A stretch of 32,204 nt of DNA from an uncultured Gammaproteobacteria bacterium (GTDB taxonomy: Bacteria; Patescibacteriota; Microgenomatia; UBA12405): positions 1 to 32,204 of the forward strand of contig CAYWRN010000011.1 of assembly GCA_964461095.1 (NCBI GenBank), in the 5' to 3' direction. This document shows positions 24,565-31,903 of the stretch, in pieces (within the stretch, counting starts at the first letter, position 1; every line of letters starts with the position of its first letter). The position numbers and the translations under genes are program-made. The notes below the pieces were generated by a model. The model saw only the letters and a list, made by a program, of their open reading frames with translations, was not told where the DNA came from and ran no database searches.

Positions 24565-24593
24565 ATTGTAGCAAAAAGTGGGTAAAAAGGCAA
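24565..24593 (-). promoter_or_regulatory. ssrA promoter
   Basis: Minus strand reads TTGCCT-N17-(TGC)TACAAT, ending 12 nt upstream of the mature 5' GGAGATG. Lies immediately downstream of the stop codon (24597-24599) of the upstream YD-repeat gene. Confidence 0.55.
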
Positions 24594-24596
24594 AAA

Positions 24597-25097
24597 CTAG
24601 TTTTGTGGATGTACTATTTGTGTTTTTTTGTAAAGATAATCAGGCTTATTGGGATCATATTCGTATGTTTTGGTGATTTGGAGTACAGGCTCTTTTGGTT
24701 CGACTAATTCAGGATTTCTACTATACCATCTCTCTTCAACCAGCCTACCATGATCATCATAAACATAGACATCACGATTAGAGCACCCTTTATCGGTTAA
24801 ATGCCGTCTTTTATCAACTAACCTTCCTTGATGATCATAGTGATAATGAGTCGTTAGGTTTGGATTGTATGGACCGGTTTGTTGAAGGACTAATTCAATC
24901 TCACCGCCTATGTCACGAGGAAATGTCGGATCTTCAGGATTAAGAACCGTAAACTCAGCTGGTTTTAAATCCATTATCTGATCCTTATCAAGGACTGGAT
25001 ATCTTACACCTGGAGCTGGTATTTGTGTTAATGTGGGTACATCTTTTTTGGGTTCTGATGGAACAACATGTAATGTACCAGTTACTTCATCTGCCAT
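24597..25097 (-). CDS. small YD-repeat (RHS-like) protein, orphan
   Basis: YHYDHQGRLVDK, YVYDDHGRLVEER and YEYDPNKPDY resemble YD repeats (Y.YD..GRL). 166 codons; Pro/Asp/His-rich composition unlike its neighbours. Confidence 0.55.
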   Translation of the reverse strand: MADEVTGTLHVVPSEPKKDVPTLTQIPAPGVRYPVLDKDQIMDLKPAEFTVLNPEDPTFPRDIGGEIELVLQQTGPYNPNLTTHYHYDHQGRLVDKRRHLTDKGCSNRDVYVYDDHGRLVEERWYSRNPELVEPKEPVLQITKTYEYDPNKPDYLYKKTQIVHPQN

Positions 25098-25159
25098 GAA
25101 TTATATAAATTTTAACTACCTATAAGTGTATCTATTCTTTTTTTTTGTCAAATTGGGAC

Positions 25160-25203
25160 TGCTTCGCTACGCTTCCACCAGAGGTGGACAAGCGCAATGA
25201 CGA
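25160..25203 (+). repeat. copy 2 of the GC-rich direct repeat, with an internal hairpin
   Basis: TGCTTCGCTACGCTT[CCACCAGAGGTGG]ACAAGCGCAATGACGA, between the smpB stop and the YD-repeat gene start. Confidence 0.6.
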
Positions 25204-25222
25204 ATACAGGTGTGATGGTGAT

Positions 25223-25633
25223 TTAAATCCCTTTTCTCTTTAGATCTCTGTCCTTAATTTGCTGGCGTTTTTCAAACTTACGAAGCTTTTTGCCGATACC
25301 AAACTCTAGCTTAAACCAGTGACCTTTTTTGAAAATTTTGATAGGTATGGCCATATACTTTTGGTGACGATATGAAATTAATTTGGCCAACTCTTTTTTA
25401 GAAAGAAGAAGGGGGCGGCTATCGGTAGTATCTTGAGTGGTTTGGGAATATTTATACTTGGGGATGGAAAGACCAACTATGTAGGGACGATTACCTATAA
25501 GATCAACTTTGGCTCCTTTAAAGCTACAAGTATTGACGCGTAAAGATTTGGCATCAGCCCCGGTAAGGACCAAACCAGCCGTGTAGGTGTCGACAAAATG
25601 ATAATCCCTGGAATCGGGATTGATATAAGACAT
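25223..25633 (-). CDS. smpB: SsrA-binding protein SmpB
   Basis: YHFVDTYTAGLVLTGADAKSLR, PYIVGLSIPKY, RPLLLSKKELAKL, and a basic C-terminal tail. TATAAT ends 5 nt before the ATG. Confidence 0.9.
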   Translation of the reverse strand: MSYINPDSRDYHFVDTYTAGLVLTGADAKSLRVNTCSFKGAKVDLIGNRPYIVGLSIPKYKYSQTTQDTTDSRPLLLSKKELAKLISYRHQKYMAIPIKIFKKGHWFKLEFGIGKKLRKFEKRQQIKDRDLKRKGI

Positions 25634-25647
25634 AAAGTATTATACCG

Positions 25648-27459
25648 TCAGATGCCAAGTGTATAGATTTTTTGATCGGAAGCAAGAAGGTAGAGAGTTT
25701 TTGATGATTCATCCAGAGCAATGCTTAAGACATCAAAATCAGCAAAACTATATTTAGCTAGAGGTTGACCATCTTTGGTGTAAACCAAAATAGTCTTTGG
25801 GTCGGAAATGAAAGCAATAAGATCCTCGTCTTGGCCAACGAGGAGATTTGAGGCTTGATTGGTTTGAGGAGGATCGGTTAACTTAAAATTGTCTTTTTTA
25901 CCCCGTAAATAGACGGAGATATTGGCTGATTTTGACAGAACCCAGACTTTACCATCAATGGCCAAGTCAACAGGATCGGTAGGTAAGGATTGATCGTCCT
26001 CGAGCCAGGTTTTGGGGTCGGATAAAACGTTATTAACTAAGGAGGATTTGGTAATAGTCTCACTTGACAATATGTAGACACCTGAACCCCAGGTATGAGT
26101 GGAAATGGGATTCTGGGAATCCAAATCAAAGCGCTTTTGCCAGTTTTCTTTGCTTATTAAATAGAAGCCGTCATTAGCGAGGGCATAGGGACTCGAATTA
26201 AAAATTACGATGGCTTTGGTGTTTTTGGCCATTTGATCTGCACTAATCTGACGACTGGACTTACCGGTAATAGAACTAATTAGACCTTTGCTAGTATCAA
26301 GAAGATAAAGGGTATCGGTATCAAAAATTAGTTTTTGATAAGAAGGATCGCTAGTAATGAGTGAAGTGTCGTAGTAGAAGTCTGAATTGGTGTGCTCGGC
26401 TGAGCCAGTTTGAGACAAAATTTGGTCTATCTGGGATTTGTATAAGCTAACCTTATCTGGATAAAGATTTAAGACAGCCATCTGCTCAATTAGAGAGGAC
26501 GTCTGAGAGGCCAAGGTTTTGGCGTCCTCAAGGTTTAGTTTTTTGACTGTGTCAATATTTTTGAGATTATTTAGGATTTCAGATTCGAGTTGACTAAAGG
26601 TTTGTTGCTGTTGTTTTTGATGATTTTTGGTGTAACCAATGGCTAGACTGGCAATTAACCCTAACAAGGCAACAATTCCAATAATCAGATTACGCTTTCG
26701 CTGGACTTGAACATATTTTTGGGGAGCCTGGTTTAGTTGAATTGGTTTTGGTTTAAATATTTTTTTGAAAAATTGGCCAATTTGGTTGACCTTGTTTGTT
26801 TTTGGCTTAAATTCAGGAAAGGAGGTGGATTGTTGGTTTGTTGAGGGCAAGATATTTTCTTGGTCTGGTAGGTCGTAATGTGCCTGGATTAGAGCCAATG
26901 AAAAGGGTAAAGAGGATTTTTTTTGATTAAGATATTCCTCTTGGGCATCAAGGGTAGTTAGTGAAAAAAGGGAAGAAAGATCGCCTAAACTATCGACGAC
27001 CGCCTGGTGAGTTAGAAATAGAATATCCTGATTTTGTAATGGTCCGGTAATTGGATTGTTGTCGGTGGGGTTTATTTGAGTAAATTGGTTGGAGCGTTTT
27101 ATAAAAAGTCGGGCGTTACCACTAAAAACTGCTGACATGGTTTCGTTTTTGACAGCTACCAAAACTAGGGAAATTTGATTGTCGGAAGGTTGGGAAGAAA
27201 TAATATCATTAAGACAATTATTGAGCTGGGTGGAGAAATCCAGATCATTTAGAGTATAGTAAGTTTGGTTGACCCTACTAATGATATTACCGACTTGTTC
27301 GGTTAAATTTATATCTTTTAGTGAGGTTTCGATAGCAACGAAACCAAACAGGTGACCACGTTTGGAGAAAACCAAGCGATCGTCCGGCTCGTTTTCCCAA
27401 TACTTACTAAAGGATGAGTTTAAGTGGTCGACAGGAATATAGCGGCAGGTATAGTGCAT
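25648..27459 (-). CDS. hypothetical membrane protein (N-terminal cytoplasmic domain, one central TM, C-terminal repeat/propeller-like domain)
   Basis: 603-codon ORF with central TM LIIGIVALLGLIASLAIGY. TATACT ends 6 nt before the ATG. Confidence 0.65.
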   Translation of the reverse strand: MHYTCRYIPVDHLNSSFSKYWENEPDDRLVFSKRGHLFGFVAIETSLKDINLTEQVGNIISRVNQTYYTLNDLDFSTQLNNCLNDIISSQPSDNQISLVLVAVKNETMSAVFSGNARLFIKRSNQFTQINPTDNNPITGPLQNQDILFLTHQAVVDSLGDLSSLFSLTTLDAQEEYLNQKKSSLPFSLALIQAHYDLPDQENILPSTNQQSTSFPEFKPKTNKVNQIGQFFKKIFKPKPIQLNQAPQKYVQVQRKRNLIIGIVALLGLIASLAIGYTKNHQKQQQQTFSQLESEILNNLKNIDTVKKLNLEDAKTLASQTSSLIEQMAVLNLYPDKVSLYKSQIDQILSQTGSAEHTNSDFYYDTSLITSDPSYQKLIFDTDTLYLLDTSKGLISSITGKSSRQISADQMAKNTKAIVIFNSSPYALANDGFYLISKENWQKRFDLDSQNPISTHTWGSGVYILSSETITKSSLVNNVLSDPKTWLEDDQSLPTDPVDLAIDGKVWVLSKSANISVYLRGKKDNFKLTDPPQTNQASNLLVGQDEDLIAFISDPKTILVYTKDGQPLAKYSFADFDVLSIALDESSKTLYLLASDQKIYTLGI

Positions 27460-27507
27460 TAACTAAGTATAAACTGAAATTGGCTGTCCGGCCAACCCAG
27501 TAAGAAG

Positions 27508-27726
27508 CTATATTGTCAAAACAAAGGTCAATAAAACTAAAACGACAGAAAAAGCCAAGTGAAGATATGAAAATGTAACTAAAATACCGTTGAACTTGTC
27601 GTAGACATTTTTGGCCATCATGGCTACCTGGCGGACAATAACAATAGCGAATACGAGATAAAGAATGGATCCTATCATAAAAAACACTCTAGTAAGGGTC
27701 AGAAAAATAGAGTTAAAATCCGGCAT
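27508..27726 (-). CDS. small two-helix membrane protein
   Basis: 72 codons with two hydrophobic helices. Start overlaps the upstream stop (TAATG). Confidence 0.5.
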   Translation of the reverse strand: MPDFNSIFLTLTRVFFMIGSILYLVFAIVIVRQVAMMAKNVYDKFNGILVTFSYLHLAFSVVLVLLTFVLTI

Positions 27727-28508
27727 TAGCTGACCCTCCCGTCAAGAGCTTCCTGTTCTTCTTCTAATCTCATTTGCTGCAAGATCTTGCTGACAGTTTC
27801 CGGGTTGGGGACATTTAAGATTTCAATCATGGGAACTTCGGAAGCGGTTTGGATAAAAAGATTGCCGTAATTTAGGACAGTAGGAATAAAACCGATGACG
27901 TTGTAGGTGACATCCTGAATCATACTGATTTTAGCCTCGGTAACCTCTTTGACTAAAAGATTGTAAAAATCGATATCAACCACCCTTTCGTCGGTAATAA
28001 TAAAGACATTAAAGTACCAGGTAAGAAATTTTTCGAAAGCGTAAACAAAGGTAACCAAAAACCAAAAAATGGCGGCGATGATTTTGTAATTACCTGGTAG
28101 AAAGCTTAGGACATTGAAATAACTGCAAAACAAGGGAAATAATAACATCAGAAGAGAAATGACTATCCACTTAAGATTAGTAAACCAATGACTTCGTAAG
28201 ACTAAAATAATTTCTTCTTTGCTGTCACGCTGATCAAAGGAAAAGACATTGGGACGGGCTAAAAAAGAAGTTAAGGGGTGGGAAGCCTTACCAACTAACT
28301 CATAAACTTTTTGGCGATAAGGTAGATCCTTGGAAGCGGATGTTTTTTTGGTTGGTACAGATTTGGCTTTTTTCTTGGTTTTGAGTTTGGGTTTGTCTTC
28401 TGAGGCAGAAGTATTGACGGGTTTAGGTTGATTTTTGACTACATCCAGATCATCCGGGGCGACACTGTCTAAGTCTTGAGTACGGCTAGCCATAGCTAAT
28501 TGTAGCAT
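27726..28508 (-). CDS. membrane protein with a bacterial PH-like (YdbS/YdbT, bPH_2) domain
   Basis: Lys-rich N-terminus, TM hairpin, then FIITDERVVDIDF...NYGNLFIQTAS, typical of bPH_2. The ATG at 28493 (MASRTQ...) sits 5 nt after TGC-TACAAT and is the more likely start. Confidence 0.7.
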   Translation of the reverse strand: MLQLAMASRTQDLDSVAPDDLDVVKNQPKPVNTSASEDKPKLKTKKKAKSVPTKKTSASKDLPYRQKVYELVGKASHPLTSFLARPNVFSFDQRDSKEEIILVLRSHWFTNLKWIVISLLMLLFPLFCSYFNVLSFLPGNYKIIAAIFWFLVTFVYAFEKFLTWYFNVFIITDERVVDIDFYNLLVKEVTEAKISMIQDVTYNVIGFIPTVLNYGNLFIQTASEVPMIEILNVPNPETVSKILQQMRLEEEQEALDGRVS

Positions 28509-28533
28509 TAAAGTGGAAAAATTTAATGCTAGG

Positions 28534-28547
28534 TGGTATTATAGGGT
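28534..28547 (+). promoter_or_regulatory. extended -10 promoter (leaderless geometry) of the 28548 orphan
   Basis: TGG-TATTAT-agggt-ATG. Confidence 0.5.
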
Positions 28548-28898
28548 ATGAATTGTACTCCTGATCGAGTTATTGCATTGCGCAATGGGAAAACGGTACT
28601 GATCGGGGACGATGAAAATCCTCCACGTGTCGAGGGACAATGGTCAAAACCATTTGATGCGGTATTCTGTAGGCATGGTCCATTTGCCGTTTTGGCAACT
28701 GCTGGAGGCAGAACAAGAAGTGGAGAAACGGGAATTAATTGGACTGCTGGAGATGTGATTGAGCAAAGCGGTAATACTGTTTTTACACCAAATCAACTTA
28801 GAGAAGTTAGAGTAAGAGCGAGTTGTGATTTGTTTCAAAATGGGAGAATGATACCGAGTCATCCCGCACTGCAAGAGCTTTTAGCAAGAAACGGGTAA
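28548..28898 (+). CDS. hypothetical small protein (orphan)
   Basis: 116 codons, Arg/Gly/Ala/Pro-rich, visibly unlike neighbouring genes. Confidence 0.5.
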   Translation: MNCTPDRVIALRNGKTVLIGDDENPPRVEGQWSKPFDAVFCRHGPFAVLATAGGRTRSGETGINWTAGDVIEQSGNTVFTPNQLREVRVRASCDLFQNGRMIPSHPALQELLARNG

Positions 28899-28903
28899 AA
28901 TAC

Positions 28904-28923
28904 TGATAAATTGTGATTTATCA
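28904..28923. terminator. weak AT-rich hairpin between convergent genes
   Basis: TGATAAAT-tgtg-ATTTATCA followed by AAAAAG. 8-bp A/T stem, so weak. Overlaps the stop codon of the minus-strand ORF. Confidence 0.25.
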
Positions 28924-29418
28924 AAAAGTTATTAAACTAATAATCCGAAGGGAAGTTGGTATCGATGAGAGTTTTTTGGGAAGGTGGAAGAAGATATGTT
29001 GAGTAAATAAATTGTGAGAATTTAAATATAATTGAGTTTGATAAGCTATCCAATTACAATTGTAATTACCCATGTTTTTGCTGATAACGATATCAGGAAG
29101 GTAAGATAAAGGGCCTGTATTTAGGGGAATTTGGTAAGGCGAATTGGTAGAGATAGGTTTGTAGCCATATTGGTTTTTGGCCATAGTTTCTAAATTTATT
29201 TTGGAAAAATTACCATACAAATCCCCTATTCCAACAATTTTTTGATAATTTTTTCCGTAAATATGGGACTGAAAAAAAGTTTTGGGGTGACCATAGATTT
29301 TTTGAAAAGAAACCCCTTCTGGCCTCCCCTTGACAAGGGAGGAATTGTTTAATTCATTTAATACCCGGGCGGAAATGTTGGTGGACCAACGGTTAGCAAA
29401 GGCATAAATTAAAATCAC
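28921..29418 (-). CDS. hypothetical protein, possibly a 5'-truncated gene remnant
   Basis: The ORF is open from 29619, but everything above 29449 is antisense to the HAD gene. There is no ATG before codon 146 of the track ORF. GTG at 29418 is the first plausible start. Contains the GC-rich hairpin 29323-29342. Confidence 0.3.
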   Translation of the reverse strand: MILIYAFANRWSTNISARVLNELNNSSLVKGRPEGVSFQKIYGHPKTFFQSHIYGKNYQKIVGIGDLYGNFSKINLETMAKNQYGYKPISTNSPYQIPLNTGPLSYLPDIVISKNMGNYNCNWIAYQTQLYLNSHNLFTQHIFFHLPKKLSSIPTSLRIISLITF

Positions 29419-29449
29419 TGGCTTAGTGTAACACCTGGTAAAATTACTA

Positions 29450-30151
29450 ATGAAAGAAAAATTGGCTGTATTTGATGTAGATGGTACTCTTTTTGATGGA
29501 AACCTAGGGATTGAGTTTCTAAAAGAGTTAATGAAGAGAAAGATTTTTCCAGAAAAACAAGGGATGGGAATAATGGAGTGGTACGGGAAATATAGAAATG
29601 GTGAAGTAGAAAAAGGCATGGCAGTAGATGAAATTTATAAGTTATATGCCTTGGGGATGGCTGGAATTGAGTGTGAAGTTGCGGAGAAAGTGGCGAGCGA
29701 GGTGTGTATATGTGTAAAAAGTAGAGTATTCGGATTTGTAAACGATATGTTGGATGAACTAAAGAGAGACGGATATGAAATAGCGTTGATTTCAGGGAGT
29801 CCTGTTGAAATGATCGGAGTATTGGCTGATGATTTAAATATACGACAAGAAAATGTGATAGCAGGAAATTTGGTTATAAAAGATGGTAAATATACAGGTG
29901 GTATTTTAAGTTATCCGGCTTGGGCTCAGCAAAAAGTTGAAGCTGTAAATAAATTAGTTAAAGATAATGAGTGGAATGTTGATTGGGAAAATTCAATTGC
30001 CATGGGTGATAACGAAAGAGATGTTGGTATTTTGGAAATGGTTGGTAAGGCAATTGCGTTTAGACCTAGTGAGAAATTGAGAAAAATAGCGGAAGAAAAA
30101 GGATGGAAGATAGTGGAAAAAGAAGAAGAAGTTATTTCTTTTCTACATTAA
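29450..30151 (+). CDS. HAD-superfamily hydrolase, subfamily IB (phosphoserine-phosphatase-like)
   Basis: Motif I FDVDGTL, motif II ISGS, motif III/IV K...GDNERD. TGG-TAAAAT ends 5 nt before the ATG. Confidence 0.85.
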   Translation: MKEKLAVFDVDGTLFDGNLGIEFLKELMKRKIFPEKQGMGIMEWYGKYRNGEVEKGMAVDEIYKLYALGMAGIECEVAEKVASEVCICVKSRVFGFVNDMLDELKRDGYEIALISGSPVEMIGVLADDLNIRQENVIAGNLVIKDGKYTGGILSYPAWAQQKVEAVNKLVKDNEWNVDWENSIAMGDNERDVGILEMVGKAIAFRPSEKLRKIAEEKGWKIVEKEEEVISFLH

Positions 30152-31868
30152 ACAGACTGGATTTGATTACAATGGCACCAGGGGCGCGGAGGTTGAAGAC
30201 GGTCTTAAAATCGTCACCGCTGAAGGTAAAACCACCCTTGTCTGTTTCCACTCTAACTTCCTGAGTATATCCACCTGTAGAATAATTGACATTGATAGAG
30301 TTGACAGAAGTAACAGGGCCACCATGGCTACTAACTTGACGAGCTAATTCATCTTTTAACCAGGCTGAGGGGTCAGTACCACCAAAACAACCACCTGAGT
30401 CTATTTGGGAAAGATGGGAGTAATCACTGGTTTTTGAGTAATAAAGAACAGCATTGATAATATCTGCAAATTCAGATTGAGTCAACCAAGGATGAGACCG
30501 GCCACAAGAAGTGTTGGACCTGGTTTTGTACCAACCTTTGTAATACCAAGAAGAGTCGGATTTCTTTTCCCAAGACTCACCAGGCCAACAAGACTGAGAA
30601 CCACAACTTGTATCCCAAATTTGAGGAGTAGAGTGGCCTAAGGAATTATAAGAGTAAATAGCACCACCAGCAGTAGAAGCGTACATGGTAGAGAAAATAT
30701 CATTAGTAGAGTTACTGATAACAACTTGACCACGGGTGGCATCGACGGCGGTTTTCCATAGACCTGGACTACTAAAACGGCTGGATTTGTAAACTTGGCA
30801 AGCCTCGGTAGTGCAAATTGACCCAGAGGCATTTCTACTAGACATTCTCCAGCCAACATAAGCAAGAGCATAGGTACGGGCGGCAATAGCTTGGGCTTTT
30901 AGGGCTTCCATGCCACCCTTTTCACCCCAAGTGGCTGGCATTTCGGCTATACCAACCAAATAGTTGTCTTCAAAGGGGAGGCTACCAACACTTGTACTAA
31001 TCGAACCCGGCATGTCAACAGTTTCGATACGAACATTACCATAATAGGCTTTTAAAATATCTTGGTAACTTTGTCCAGCCTGAGAACGGCCATAAGCACC
31101 AAATTGGCTCATACCTTTTCGGTGAGGTGCTCCAAAAGAAAAAAGTGCGAAAGCGGGTGAAAAGCCTGGATTATAATCTGCTCTGGAGGCGGGATCATCG
31201 CTGGTACTGACATCGCCAACACTGGTATTAAACATGGCTGTTTTGGCTATGATTAGATCTTGTTGTTTCTTACTTAGTTCGGCTTTGTATTCTTCGGCCT
31301 TTTTAATTTCTCCTTCCAGAAAGCCAAAGCGATCTTCGAGATTTTTCTTAAGAGCTGCAAGACTGGTTTTTTGGGAATCTAGGTTTTTTTTGTTGCTATT
31401 TAGCTCGATAATTTGTTGGCTGAGGTTAGCAATTAATTTGGTGTCTTGATTAACAACTGACTGAAACCAGGACAATTGTCTGATGGCATCTGAGTTTTGA
31501 GATGAATTAAGAAAGATTAGAAAAGGATTGGATTTTTTGTGATTTTTATAAAGGCGTCTAACTCTTTCTCCTAAAAGGGCTTTTTGGACTTCCAGATCTG
31601 CCTCGGTTTCTATAAGGGATTGACCTATTTTGGTGATTTTTGTTTCAATGGAGGATATATTAGCCTTAGCTGATTTAATTTTTTGAGTAATAGAAACAGT
31701 TTCTTTTTTAAGGGGATCAATAGCTTTCTCCAGATCAGAGATTTGTTTACTTATAGAGGCAATTTCCTCGTCAATACTTATAGATAAACAAGGAGTGATT
31801 GGAATCGACACGAAAAGAAAGATTAGGATAATAAGGCTAATTCTTTTGAAAAGGGAAGAATTTAACAT
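30132..31868 (-). CDS. SpoIID/LytB-domain protein with an N-terminal coiled coil
   Basis: Signal/anchor, about 200 aa of heptad-like coiled coil, then the SpoIID core (EALKAQAIAARTYAL, ...STAGG...). Confidence 0.85.
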   Translation of the reverse strand: MLNSSLFKRISLIILIFLFVSIPITPCLSISIDEEIASISKQISDLEKAIDPLKKETVSITQKIKSAKANISSIETKITKIGQSLIETEADLEVQKALLGERVRRLYKNHKKSNPFLIFLNSSQNSDAIRQLSWFQSVVNQDTKLIANLSQQIIELNSNKKNLDSQKTSLAALKKNLEDRFGFLEGEIKKAEEYKAELSKKQQDLIIAKTAMFNTSVGDVSTSDDPASRADYNPGFSPAFALFSFGAPHRKGMSQFGAYGRSQAGQSYQDILKAYYGNVRIETVDMPGSISTSVGSLPFEDNYLVGIAEMPATWGEKGGMEALKAQAIAARTYALAYVGWRMSSRNASGSICTTEACQVYKSSRFSSPGLWKTAVDATRGQVVISNSTNDIFSTMYASTAGGAIYSYNSLGHSTPQIWDTSCGSQSCWPGESWEKKSDSSWYYKGWYKTRSNTSCGRSHPWLTQSEFADIINAVLYYSKTSDYSHLSQIDSGGCFGGTDPSAWLKDELARQVSSHGGPVTSVNSINVNYSTGGYTQEVRVETDKGGFTFSGDDFKTVFNLRAPGAIVIKSSLFNVEKK

Positions 31869-31903
31869 AACAATTTAATTGTAACATTTGGTATACTAAG
31901 GGC

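Noticed and set aside
24360-24593. 77-codon ORF in the track (MPFYPLFATIHLFTEMYRFDV...FAPVAAC)
   Set aside because: It coincides with the 5' two-thirds of the tmRNA. It starts inside the ssrA promoter and its last codons are the tag reading frame. Only the short 3' part of the frame is expected to be translated, by trans-translation. It is not a conventional CDS.
25137-25146. T-run downstream of the YD-repeat gene start region, considered as an intrinsic terminator
   Set aside because: On the plus strand no hairpin precedes it. On the minus strand it is an A-run about 20 nt after the hairpin in repeat copy 2. Neither orientation gives a stem followed directly by a U-tract.
2961-31449. Other short antisense or overlapping track ORFs: 2961-3197, 4921-5124, 5007-5189, 8615-8884, 9224-9469, 10256-10459, 10704-10931, 10959-11153, 12687-12911, 12951-13268, 14218-14406, 14655-15062, 15970-16275, 16309-16506, 18222-18476, 18466-18681, 18766-19011, 23124-23384, 28644-28874, 30638-30886, 31234-31449
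   Set aside because: Each lies entirely inside, and mostly antisense to, a longer ORF with recognisable domains or a better start context. None has a motif or promoter of its own.
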